From contig JAANOX010000121.1 of assembly GCA_020184695.1 (NCBI GenBank), positions 1-64,000 of the forward strand: a stretch of DNA of 64,000 nucleotides, given 5' to 3'. The DNA is from Histomonas meleagridis 2922-C6/04-290x. Its lineage: Eukaryota > Protista > Parabasalia. The translations under genes and the position numbers were made by a program. Below, in pieces: positions 21,221 to 32,568 of this stretch (positions are counted from its first letter, which is position 1; each line of letters begins with the position of its first letter). The notes under the pieces are model-generated. The model ran no database searches and was not told where the DNA came from. It saw only the letters and a program-made list of their open reading frames with translations.

Positions 21221-22918
21221 CTGACGCGGTTGTACTAACCGAAACGATCTAGAACAAGAAACCGTTTAATTTTATTAAACGATGAATACGTCACTTTTAA
21301 TTTTGAATGAATTACCATAATATTGTATGTTTATGGGGAAAGTGTCAATGTCAGAATTTTTTTAATTTTTTTAATTCCTTGCTGTTATATTCATTATTAT
21401 CATTATTTTTCGATATCATATGTTATTTATTGCGATAATCATCTATAAAAACTCATTTGATAATTTATCTCTATGTTGTATTAAGCGTATAAATATTCTT
21501 TCTAATATGTTATCTCAGAGGGGTCGTCTCAAATCAAAAAAAGTCGATTTTATTCTATTTCAATCCCCTTCGAATCTAATTTCTTTATAATTAATATAAA
21601 TCGTTCTATATGTTATAATCAATAAAATCAACATGTTTAAAATATTTTATTTTAATTTATAAATATCTATATTTCTTGATCATTCACAAAAATTTTTGGA
21701 GATTTGTATCAAAAACAATAGCTCATTTTCAGAGCATATATGATACCTGTTATATCTTTTTCATGAGAAACAATTTATAAGTGGACAATAGACAGAAAAT
21801 TTAACATATGAATTAGCTAATAACCCCGTTTTATTTAATGATGAACATAAAGTTTGATTTCGTAAGTCTTTCTACAAAGGTTTGTCTTAACGCGATTTGG
21901 ACTCTTTGATTGCTAATAATGATATTCCATTTGTCGTCAAGTTGTTCTCTAGACGCTACATGAAGGCGGTTTACATATCGATCATTTTGTCGTCTCATAT
22001 TTAATGGACTTGATATTCTTCTCAAATTGCCAATTGATAGTTGTGAAGACTTCCAAAAGAGCTGACATAGAGTCAACATACAGAGCGAAAACAGGGGAAA
22101 GGGACCTCGAAGCTACAACTTACATTTTAAATGATGGGAAAGAGGATACTCGTTAGGATAATATGTTCTTTGATATGGTTTTAAACCATTTGAATATATT
22201 TGTAATTGTTACCGATAATTTTTAAAAATCAGTTTCGCAATTATTCGTCTTGTTTCCATTAAATTTGATCTATAATTTTACAAGAGATTAATATTGAGCA
22301 GAAATTTCTTTATTATTAATGTATAAAATTCTGATGATTTCCAAATAATATTTATAAAAAATGTATTTTCATTTTTATATTGTTTTTGAAAATCAAAAAC
22401 GTTGGACAAAATTGCACACCAATTCATGATTCCTTATTTAAAAATTTAAGTAATGATTGATATACATAAATATGTGATATTTATTGATAATTTTTAATCT
22501 TCTTATAGTAAAAAAAAAATTCATCTAATATATTTTTAAGTAAATTTATTATAAGTGTTATATAAATATATTTATATTTATATAATATAAAAATATAAAT
22601 TATAAATTGAAATGAAATTGAATATATGAGAATCGAATTTAGTTTTAATCAATATTTAAATATAAATATAATAACATCTCGATAAATTTGTATTGGAGAT
22701 ATTTTAGAAAATTTAATTTTGGGCAATATTCACTAGGTTTTGACAAATTGCAATCAGCGTCCAGCTCGTCGTCGAGCACTCAACACGATTAGCCGAGCAA
22801 CTTTCGTTCATTCAATTTTCTATTAATGAACAATTTTGAATAAAATTGATTCAAAAAATTGAAAGAAAAGCCATTGAAAAGTAACTGCTCACAGAAATAA
22901 TCACTTCATTTCTTAATA

Positions 22919-23563
22919 ATGAAAGTTGCTGTTATTGGTGCTACTGGTTTTATTGGTGCTAAGATATCCGAAGAGGCTGTCGCAAGAGGCTATGATACAA
23001 TAGCTATTAGCAGGAATCCTCCAAAAGAATTACCAAAAGGAAAATGTGTACATGTTTCAGTAGATATTTTTGATTTACAAGAACTTGAAAATGCATTAAA
23101 AGGAGCAGAAATTATTATTCACGCTTATTGTCCACCGAAAGATTCGACATTTGAAAAAATGGAAGAACTTCAGGTGAATGCGACAAAGAATATAATCGAA
23201 GCAGCTAAAAAAGTTGGAGCACGTCGTCTTCTTGCTGTTGGAGGGGCAGGTACACTCATAACTAATGGCGCGCGAAATATGGATTCACCAGGATTCCCAC
23301 CAGCTTACTTGCCATTAGCTAATGCTACTTCTAAACTACTTGCACTTGTTTTGGAGCAAAAGGATGTGCCAGGAACAGTGTTATGCCCATCGATGGAAAT
23401 TTATCCAGGTGAAAAACAAGGTAAGTTTAGGTTAAGTGGTGACGAAACAATATTCAACGAAAAAGGAGAAAGCAAAATATCAAATTCTGATTATGCTGTT
23501 GCAATGATCGATGAAATAGCCAATGGTAATTACATTGGAAAACGCTTCACAGTTGGTTACTAA
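22919..23563 (+). CDS. NAD(P)-dependent oxidoreductase (bacterial-type Rossmann fold)
   Basis: MKVAVIGATGFIG...RLLAVGGAGTL...SKISNSDYAVAMIDE...GKRFTVGY*. Confidence 0.88.
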   Translation: MKVAVIGATGFIGAKISEEAVARGYDTIAISRNPPKELPKGKCVHVSVDIFDLQELENALKGAEIIIHAYCPPKDSTFEKMEELQVNATKNIIEAAKKVGARRLLAVGGAGTLITNGARNMDSPGFPPAYLPLANATSKLLALVLEQKDVPGTVLCPSMEIYPGEKQGKFRLSGDETIFNEKGESKISNSDYAVAMIDEIANGNYIGKRFTVGY

Positions 23564-23904
23564 ATAACTAACAAACAATTTATTTTATTTTTTACTAAGT
23601 ATGGATGTTTCAAATAATAAATCCCGATAATTCCTTTTGTAAATATATTTCTGAAAATTATATAAATTATGAAAGTACACCAATGGCTTATATTCGTTAA
23701 CAACAGATTATTAAAATAATAAATATCAAAAACATTAAACTTTGATATAGTGGATAATAAACTAAAATATTGATAATTAGATTATTTGAATAAGAAAAAT
23801 TTGTTTAAATTATATTTCATTATGTTTTGAAAATTAAGGCTTTCTTCACTGAAAGTTAATATAATTTGCATGAGCAATATATGTCAAAAATGTCTATTTC
23901 ATAC

Positions 23905-24969
23905 TTAAGTGTAAGGGTTATCTCTACAAAGCCGCGGCCACAACAAATCGGGGAAATAGAAATGAACAGTTTCGTTTTTTACGGCGAATATCTGTTTACA
24001 TCTTTTGATCACTCCTTCGATTCCTTTTTTATCATGATGATGTAGGAAAACAATTTTATTCAGAGGAGCGCTAAACAATGCGCATTGGTCCGGCTTTTTC
24101 GGAAGCTGTGCTTGAGGACAAGGATTTAAATCACTAAAATCATTTTTATCAAGTCTTTCTAAGTCATCATCAGGCAAAGGGTGCCCCAAGAAGTTAAATG
24201 ATGTTGCTTCCAACAAAGTAATGTTTAATCTTGTTAAAAACTCATCATGACATATGTCTTCGGCCCATTTACAGTTGTATATAACTTGTTTGTAAATAGG
24301 AAGCATTAATTCAACAGCTCGCCGTGAATAAAGATATCCAACTCCACCTTGTAGAAAACCTGGAATACGGAAATCAGGAATTTTAACACAAGATCCAAAT
24401 ATCAATGGGTCTTTAAGTGGATTATATTTTTCTTCTAATGAATCAAAATACGAATCTAAAAGCTTTAAATTAATGGCATTGTCATCCGTACCTCTATGAA
24501 GCCATCGATAGTTTGTTTCGTAGTAAAAATAAGAAAGACCAAAATACGTCTTTCGAAAAATATCAATACTTTTCTTATTATATGACCAATTTGGTGTGAT
24601 TTTAGATGTGATAATTCTGTAATATTCAGGAACCTTAAGATTTAGTATGTCTTCAGAGTTTTCTGGATTTGTTTTATTGACATCTTTCCAATCAAGATAT
24701 ATAGCTTTGTAACCAGACATTCGATTTAAATCACTAACGAAGTAGCGAGACATATTTACAGGTATTGGGCTATTTGGCATTGTGATAATAATAAATAATG
24801 TCTTATTTACTTCAATATAATTGAACATATGATGAATTTCTTTGGGCGCATAGTTGATATTCCAAAATACAATAAAATATGGAATGAAAAATAATATTTC
24901 TAATATAACATATTTGATGTCATAATTTTTTGATTCCGTTTCAGAAGTTTTTGTCTGGGATGGAGACAT
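23905..24969 (-). CDS. Type II membrane glycosyltransferase-like protein (GT31/Fringe-like, parabasalid-expanded)
   Basis: N-terminal TM segment; WLHRGTDDNAIN (DD motif), FLQGGVGYLYSRRAV and AEDI. Confidence 0.65.
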   Translation of the reverse strand: MSPSQTKTSETESKNYDIKYVILEILFFIPYFIVFWNINYAPKEIHHMFNYIEVNKTLFIIITMPNSPIPVNMSRYFVSDLNRMSGYKAIYLDWKDVNKTNPENSEDILNLKVPEYYRIITSKITPNWSYNKKSIDIFRKTYFGLSYFYYETNYRWLHRGTDDNAINLKLLDSYFDSLEEKYNPLKDPLIFGSCVKIPDFRIPGFLQGGVGYLYSRRAVELMLPIYKQVIYNCKWAEDICHDEFLTRLNITLLEATSFNFLGHPLPDDDLERLDKNDFSDLNPCPQAQLPKKPDQCALFSAPLNKIVFLHHHDKKGIEGVIKRCKQIFAVKNETVHFYFPDLLWPRLCRDNPYT

Positions 24970-25433
24970 TTTCGACCAATTACGCTTTCAAAAAAGGGTA
25001 AAGTCATTTTACATACTTATGTTTAATATTTGTGGTTTTGTTCATATTTATTTCACAAAAATTTCTTGTTATAAACACAACTTATAAGTTATCAAAAACC
25101 TGGTATCATTTGAATGAAAGTAGGTGACAAAAACTGTATTTCAATTAAATTACAATTTGGCATGAATAAATTCTCAGAAAAAAATAAAAAATACGATCAG
25201 ATGCAACTCAATCAAATCAGGGAACTTGAGCAAGTTAAGTGAAGATAAAAATGCCAAATGAGTTCATTTTCGAATGCATGCATTCGAATGCTTTCAAAGC
25301 AAAACATTCTTTTATTGTTATTTCGAACATCACTTTTCAAATCAAAGCAGAGTAGTGTAAGCGAAAAAAAACTCCCAAAAAATGAACCTTATCCTTAATA
25401 AAATCAATCCAATTTTTTTCTATATTACAGAAG

Positions 25434-26991
25434 TACATTAAGGGTGCGGTCTAAACGGTCTCCCCGAAAATTTATTTTTTTCCAAGAAATTTATTCCATT
25501 TTCACATCATGTTGGCCATTTTCCGTTTCAATATGGCCATTTTCTGTTTCATTATGGCCATTTTCCGTTTCAAGATGGCCAACCGTTTTCTATCATAAAT
25601 CTTAAAATTCAAGATTTAAGAAACCGAATTTTTTTTTGAGTGAAGCATCTTTTAAATTCTATGTTGTAAAATGTTGTATTCCAAAAAATATCGATATTTT
25701 TTATATGTACATTCTAATTTTTATAATATATAATAATATAAATAATAAAAAAGAGTATTTATTCAATTATGATTGGTATCATTTGAAATATCATAGGATA
25801 AAATTTGTATGAATAATTCAAATAATTTTGTACATTTTCCCTTGTAACATTTTGAATTGCATCATTTATTGCTTTTTCGAGAACCTGAAACCGAACAACT
25901 CCTTTTTTCCCGATAGGAAGATTAATTGTACCTAGAAGAATTTGATTTTTTTCTTGTAAATATCTTCTTACATATGCTATAATTTGACTAAAACATCTTT
26001 CAATTAAATTAAGATATGGGTAATATGGTGGTAAAAATAAAAGTACAAACTGAGCTTCTTGGCATAATTTAAGTAGTTCATATTGTCGATGAATTGGATA
26101 TTTTGTCTTTAAATCATTAAGAAATTTTTAAAATATTCTTCAAATCGAATTGCATCAACAATATTTGTTTCAGTTTAATGGTATACCCAACCATAATTTG
26201 GATCAACGACTGCTAAAATATTGATTTTTATACATCCATCGATTAATGATGATTGAACTGCTCTTTTTCCAAATTTAGATCTTCCCATATTTCTTCTTGT
26301 CAAAATTGTAAAATTTGATTCATCAATGTAAATTTGTTGGATACTCTCTGATAAATTTGTCAATTGATTTAAATAATTTACTCGCTGTTGAATTATTTCT
26401 GGTGTATTTGCATTTGCAGAAACATAGCGAAGCTTTTTATAAGAAACAAAATTTTCATCTAAATGACAGTGAATTGTAGATAAAGATATCTGATCATTTG
26501 GTATTTCAAAGTGTTCTAATAAAGCATTTTTAATTTCGAGAAGTGTTGATGCGCTGTTTTCTTCCACATAATTTATAATAAATTCTTCCATCTCAGGAGT
26601 AACGATTTGATGATGAGGACCTCTATTCAAAATTGGTGGAAAATTATTATTATTCTCCATAATTTGGTGAGTTCTTCTTCTAATTGTCCTTGAAGACATT
26701 CCAAGAGCTGATCCTACTACATTAGGATCTTCACCATTCAAAAATGTTTTTGTTAAAGCCTCTAAATCTTTGACACAAGGTATATATATAGGCATACACA
26801 TCTTAAAATAATAAACAAATACAACATTTTACAACATAGAATTTAAAAGATGCTTCACTCAAAAAAAAATTCGGTTTCTTAAATCTTGAATTTTAAGATT
26901 TATGATAGAAAACGGTTGGCCATCTTGAAACGGAAAATGGCCATAATGGAACAGAAAATGGCCAACATGATGTGAAAATGGTATATTAAAA
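25434..26991 (-). mobile_element. Defective IS630/Tc1-mariner DNA transposon with long TIRs containing 21-bp direct repeats
   Basis: Inverted repeats at 25496-25680 and 26818-26991 flank a transposase. The right TIR lacks one 21-bp subunit and the outer ~55 bp. The exact left end is approximate. Confidence 0.85.
25759..26801 (-). pseudogene. IS630/Tc1 DDE transposase, disrupted
   Basis: HTH region, then IYIDESNF (first D). In-frame TAA at 26175, a frameshift near 26110 with loss of the DN motif (only IHR remains), then FLPPYYPYLNLIE. Confidence 0.88.
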
Positions 26992-27954
26992 AAAATTTGA
27001 AAACGTAATTCATTGATTTTTTCGAAATTCTTAAAATATTGAAATATTATTATTATAATTGAATATTTTGGTTAATTTATTATCAAATAATATAAAAGTT
27101 AGAATTAAATTGTTTTTATATAAAATTTTACTCCATGTTTAATTTTTTTTTTCATATGATATTATTTCGATTTGTTACAGAAAACTTCACAATGGTATTT
27201 TAAAATTTGAAGTACCATTGAATAGAATATAATCAATATTTTGTATTCATATAGGTTTTATCAAAATTCTTCTGTACATTTTAGAGAAATTTCCCGTTTA
27301 AGTATCAACAAATTTCAATATAATTATGCGACATGTGAACTGAAAACATTTTTAAATATCACAAAAACATGAAAAAAAGATTTAAATGAAATTAATGTAT
27401 ACTCTGAATAATAAAAATAAGAAGAATTCTGATCATTGAAAAAAGTTATTCATTAAAATAATGCGTTTTAATAAAGAAATGCAATTATTGTAAATTTTGA
27501 TAAAAATAGAAAATAAATTGGATTTAATGTTATTACACCAGCAACTCCAATTCATAAACATATAATGAATGATTTTTACATCAAACAATTATATTATATC
27601 AACAAAAATGAACAAAAGTTTGTGGCAACATGTTTCTTTGTGATAATGCGGTTTTTGAGTTGACTTTTTGTGTATAATATTAACTTTTTGTAAGCAAATA
27701 TTTGAAATCAAAAAACAAAAATATCCAAAAAATATAGGAATGAATTCACTTAAAGACATGTAATATAGGGTTTAATCTCTATTTTTATTAATATTCTCGA
27801 GTTATATAAAAATCCCATTGTGGAATTTTTCGTTTACACTACTCTATAAAAGCAATGCATTGCCTTTTTCATGTTAAATTTCAAGAAATTAATTCCATTT
27901 TTTTAGTATAAATTAAGATATAAAATGTTTATTCAATTCTTTTTCACGAATTGA

Positions 27955-29919
27955 TCAATTGTTAACAGATTTTATCTGATTTGGATTTGTGATATAAACG
28001 ATAATTTCTCCAAATGAATCATTTCCATCCAAACCAGAAATTTCAGCACTTAACTCAACTCTATGATTTCCCGCGTTTTCGTTAATGATAAAATCGAATG
28101 ACGGTGTATTATTTTCAGTTACTAATTTCTGACTTGCATCACAAGCAACTTCTTCTCCATCATACAAAATCTTAACATTCCTAACAGCCACGTTATTACT
28201 ACCAGACTCCATAATAAACACAGCCTGGTATTGACCTGTTATACCGACGCCACCGTTAATGTCCCAGACATGTGATGTGAAAGCATTGCTTTTGATTTGA
28301 TCTTTTGTCCAGTGAATCTTTTGATGGCCTGTAATAGGACCAATGTTAATGCCATACCTAGTAAGTCTTTCATTGTGTACTCTTGCTAACTTAGCCAAAA
28401 AGTTCTCCATACTTCGATATTCTAATTTCGACCATGTAACTTCGGATAACGCACTCATTCGAGGGAAGTACTTATAGTCGACATCCATTCGATCTCCCCA
28501 TACATATTCAGCAAACAAGTTACATTGCGCACCAATGATATATTTCTTATATTCATCTGGTATTCCATCTGTTGGCTCAAATGTATAGACCTTATAAAGA
28601 TGGTTAAGATTAGATGTGGTATAGTCAACAATATATTCATATGGTTCGGCAACTGGTAATTGTCCATGGTCGACATAAAGGATTGGATTTGGTGCCATAA
28701 CTACGTAATGACCTTGTTGCGCTGCTTTAGTACCTCCTTCAACTCCTTGCCAACTCATTACAGAAGCTGCTTTAGGTAATCCACCTTGCATAATTTCATC
28801 CCATCCAATCATATGTCTTCCTTTCGATTCGACGTAATTTGCAATCTCGTTAACAAACCATGACTGAAGTTCATTAACATCTTTAAGTCCATGATCTTGA
28901 ATACGTTTTTGACATTTAGGACATTCTTCCCAACGTAACTTACGACATTCATCACCACCACAATGAATGTATTCTGAGTCGAACAATTCGATAACTTCAT
29001 CTAATATATCTTCAAGGAATTTGATGGTCCCATCATTGCCTGGACAAAACACATCGTACGAACCACCCCAATAAGTTAACGGTCGAAAATCGCCTTCACC
29101 TCTGCAACAGAATTCGGGGTACCCCGAAAGGGCGCCGATAGCGTGACCCGGCATTTCAATTTCGGGTACAATGGTTATACATAATTTTTTGGCATATGCG
29201 ATGACTTCTTTGATTTCTTCTTGTGTATAGAAATATGGTCCATATGGTTTGCCATCATATTCAAGACGATGCCATGGAATTGGTTGTTGATCATTAATAA
29301 CTCCCTTCTGTGTTAATAAAGGATACTTTTTGATTTCAATCCTCCAGCCTTGATCATCAACTAAATGCCAATGAAATGTGTTTATCTTGTGAAGAGCCAT
29401 AGTATCAAGAACATGTTTGATGGTTGTAACATCAAAGAAATGACGACTGCAATCAAGCATAAAACCACGCCATTGGAGTCTTGGTTTGTCTGAGATCTTT
29501 ATAAATGGGACTGACCAAGTAATGCCTGGTGTATATGCGCGACTGAAAATTTCAACTGGGAAAAGTTGAAGTAATGTTTGTACGCCATAAAAGAAGCCAT
29601 TGTACTCGGAAGCAGATATTGTGACTCCACTTGCATCAACATTCAAAGTATACTCTTCCTTTTCAAGTCCTGTAACTTTTTTGAATATAATACCAGTGGT
29701 ATTAGTGACATTAGAAACTTTTATGGGAATGAATGTTGATTTCCTAATAAAATCAGCAAGATAGTTTGAAATAAAGAATAATCCTTCTTGTGAAGGATCA
29801 TACATAATTACAGAACTAGTTGTGAGTACCCATTCGCCACTTCCAATTTCCATGCTAACTGGGGCCGGTATTATATTTGGAATCATTTTGGAGCTTGCAA
29901 GCGCAATGAAAGCAAGCAT
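27955..29919 (-). CDS. Beta-N-acetylhexosaminidase (GH20), secreted
   Basis: Signal peptide; WRGFMLDCSRHFF, FHWHLVDDQGWRIEI, PEIEMPGH and IHCGGDE catalytic motif. Confidence 0.95.
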   Translation of the reverse strand: MLAFIALASSKMIPNIIPAPVSMEIGSGEWVLTTSSVIMYDPSQEGLFFISNYLADFIRKSTFIPIKVSNVTNTTGIIFKKVTGLEKEEYTLNVDASGVTISASEYNGFFYGVQTLLQLFPVEIFSRAYTPGITWSVPFIKISDKPRLQWRGFMLDCSRHFFDVTTIKHVLDTMALHKINTFHWHLVDDQGWRIEIKKYPLLTQKGVINDQQPIPWHRLEYDGKPYGPYFYTQEEIKEVIAYAKKLCITIVPEIEMPGHAIGALSGYPEFCCRGEGDFRPLTYWGGSYDVFCPGNDGTIKFLEDILDEVIELFDSEYIHCGGDECRKLRWEECPKCQKRIQDHGLKDVNELQSWFVNEIANYVESKGRHMIGWDEIMQGGLPKAASVMSWQGVEGGTKAAQQGHYVVMAPNPILYVDHGQLPVAEPYEYIVDYTTSNLNHLYKVYTFEPTDGIPDEYKKYIIGAQCNLFAEYVWGDRMDVDYKYFPRMSALSEVTWSKLEYRSMENFLAKLARVHNERLTRYGINIGPITGHQKIHWTKDQIKSNAFTSHVWDINGGVGITGQYQAVFIMESGSNNVAVRNVKILYDGEEVACDASQKLVTENNTPSFDFIINENAGNHRVELSAEISGLDGNDSFGEIIVYITNPNQIKSVNN

Positions 29920-30577
29920 GGCAAAATTGTATTGATATAAACAAGTTTGACTTTTTGAATATAACCCACAACAACGGGTTAATGAAATTCTGTGAAAAAT
30001 GATCTCCTATTATTAATGCATTCAAAAAACCGCTGTTAGAACGAGGTTAAGCTTGCTTTTGTCATTTAAAGAAACATCTTTCCGATTACAAAATTTCAGT
30101 GGCCTTGGTAGAAAGCCTTCAATCTTCTTTACCAAACTTCTCTATATTGCACAAAGGGTATCTACATCCTCTTAAATAAATTCCCAGAATTCCGAGTCTT
30201 AAGATTAAAATAATCGTGTAAAAAACTAATTTCCATTAATATAAGAACAAGTATATCTGAGCTTATAGATTTTTGTTAGAGTTTAAAACAATAATATTAT
30301 ATTAGATAGCCAAACAGGATTTATGAACACACACATTTAGTTTCCAATAATCATTTTTTTTAATAAATTGGGTTATATATCTATTTATTATATAATAGAT
30401 AGACATATCTAACGAGTCCATAAATTTTGACCAATAATAAGCCGATTTACATCTCTTGGCGGTACCGCCTTATTTTCAATTCAGTATGATCGCAACCAGT
30501 CAATTCCATTGTTTTTATTTGAAAAAGTGATTGCTTTCCGGGGTGTTCTTACTTTCGATCGGTTACCAGTGAGGAAA

Positions 30578-31057
30578 ATGGAAACCAACCAAATACCAGC
30601 ACAGACAAAGCCTCAAAGAAAGCAGAAAATATTATTTACTCAAGAGGAGGATCAAAAACTTAGGCAACTTGTTGAAGAAAAAGGTTCTCATGCTTGGCAT
30701 GAAATTCAAGAGCTCATGCCAAACAGAACTGCTCGTCAATGTCGAGAAAGATGGAATCTTTATCTTTCACCAGATGTTAATAATACTCCATGGACTCATA
30801 ACGAAGAAATTCAACTTCTAAAAATTTATCAAACTACTGGACCTAAATGGTCTGTTATTGCAAAGAACTTTCCTAATAGAACGCCAAATAATGTTAAGAA
30901 TCACATCAAACAATTTATGAGAAGGTCACAAAAACTGTATGGGAATCCAAACTTAATTCCAATTCAACCTCCAGTACCAACTGAATCCATTGTCATAGAA
31001 CAACCAGTAAAAGAAGAAAGTTCTGTACAAGAGCAACCACAGGAAAATAATCAGTGA
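30578..31057 (+). CDS. R2R3 Myb-like DNA-binding protein
   Basis: FTQEEDQKL...W...MPNRTARQCRERWNLYLSP...WTHNEEIQL...GPKWSVIAKNFPNRTPNNVKN. Confidence 0.93.
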   Translation: METNQIPAQTKPQRKQKILFTQEEDQKLRQLVEEKGSHAWHEIQELMPNRTARQCRERWNLYLSPDVNNTPWTHNEEIQLLKIYQTTGPKWSVIAKNFPNRTPNNVKNHIKQFMRRSQKLYGNPNLIPIQPPVPTESIVIEQPVKEESSVQEQPQENNQ

Positions 31058-31167
31058 TCAAACAAAATCACCTATATGTAAACAATTGAAATCAAGCTAA
31101 CATTTTTTACAATGACGTAAATCATTTAATTTTTGAATTTTTAAAAGGTCAGTGCACCAGAGGAAAA

Positions 31168-32178
31168 ATGTCGTCGAACGACCAATCCATGGTATTCGAT
31201 TCATTGATTGACCTTATTACACATATCTACAGACAAGAGCAAACTTCAATGCTCAGCCTGGACAGAATTTTCGAAGCAATGCAAAATCCTAATTTCTTTT
31301 TAAATACAAAATCGAACGGAACTGTCCCATGTTCAACAATTTCCAGAAGGAGAATCTCAAGTGTTCTCTCTAGTTCGGATTTTTTTGTTCGAGCAGGCCC
31401 ACCAAGAACATGTTTGTGGGCAATACGACCCAACAATCCTTTATTCCTTAGTGACGCGACAATATCTACCTCAATTGAACAAATGCTTACCACCAATGGT
31501 CCAATGACACTTGAACAATTTGTTGAATTTACTGAATTAAATGGTGCTGATATCAAATTGTTTGAAAATTTCCTTCATGAGCACAGTAATGAATTTAGTC
31601 AACTTGAAGATGGGAAATATTGGTTTACCGGGCAAAAGCCTCCAGTTCCCAAGAATTTCGATAATATTTCCCAAGCCTTAATCAGTGCCTTTTCTAACTT
31701 CCCACAAGGTGCCTCTGTCGAAGAGCTTCATTGGAACCTTTGTTTATCCACAGTTGGCGGTAATAAACCAATATCTCGTCGGAGCGTATCACGCGAATTA
31801 TCACGTCGAACAGATCTTTTCATGCACCTTTCCAGGGCAAGATACATTCTTATGCCGCAAGCTATCAATCGCCGACCGCGTTCCCTCTCCACCGGTTTCA
31901 AGCTTCATCCATCTCAAGATCAGATATCGTTCCCATCTCCGACATCGCCAATTGGTAGTAACCCTTCTGTGATGCAGCCACTCGACCTTCAGTCGGGCGA
32001 ATTTAAGCCAAAAGCGTCGCGGCCGAACGTTTTCCCTGTTCCGCACCTGCAAAACCACGTGACGTTCCAGGACCCATTGCCAATCCCCGACTTGATGCCG
32101 CCAAAGTTCCCAACAGATGAAGACGAGTTCGACCCAAATTCGTTCTTCGATCAGGCATTTGAGTTTAGCTTTGAGTAA
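31168..32178 (+). CDS. Hypothetical protein with repeated winged-helix-like segments and a Pro-rich tail
   Basis: Similar segments ISRRRISSVLSSSDFFVRAG...W and ISRRSVSRELSRRTDLF...Y; the fold is inferred. Confidence 0.7.
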   Translation: MSSNDQSMVFDSLIDLITHIYRQEQTSMLSLDRIFEAMQNPNFFLNTKSNGTVPCSTISRRRISSVLSSSDFFVRAGPPRTCLWAIRPNNPLFLSDATISTSIEQMLTTNGPMTLEQFVEFTELNGADIKLFENFLHEHSNEFSQLEDGKYWFTGQKPPVPKNFDNISQALISAFSNFPQGASVEELHWNLCLSTVGGNKPISRRSVSRELSRRTDLFMHLSRARYILMPQAINRRPRSLSTGFKLHPSQDQISFPSPTSPIGSNPSVMQPLDLQSGEFKPKASRPNVFPVPHLQNHVTFQDPLPIPDLMPPKFPTDEDEFDPNSFFDQAFEFSFE

Positions 32179-32568
32179 TGAATAAATGTTTTTATTATAC
32201 GAAAAATGTTTTTGAAAGAAGAAAAAATTATAATGTTTTACTCATTCAACAATGAAATAAAATTTTATGAATAATACTAATGAATTGCTGAAATAATGTG
32301 ATGACGATCTGTTTTGTTTGCAATCTATAAATAACCATAAAACTCAAAATAGAATGAGCATTAATTAAAAACATTTCAAAGTTTCAACTTTTTTTGATGC
32401 ACTATAATCTATCATCAGAAATTATTAGTAATTGCAGTAAGGAAATGATTGGAGAAATATTAAATATTGAATAATATTTTCTATTAAGTAATATTGGAAA
32501 AATTAAATAATCAAAAGTAAGGAATATATAAATATAAATACGATTTGTTTTTAATAAATATTTATATT

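Noticed and set aside
30458-30469. 12-bp GC palindrome GGCGGTACCGCC upstream of the Myb gene
   Set aside because: Single short occurrence with no supporting context.
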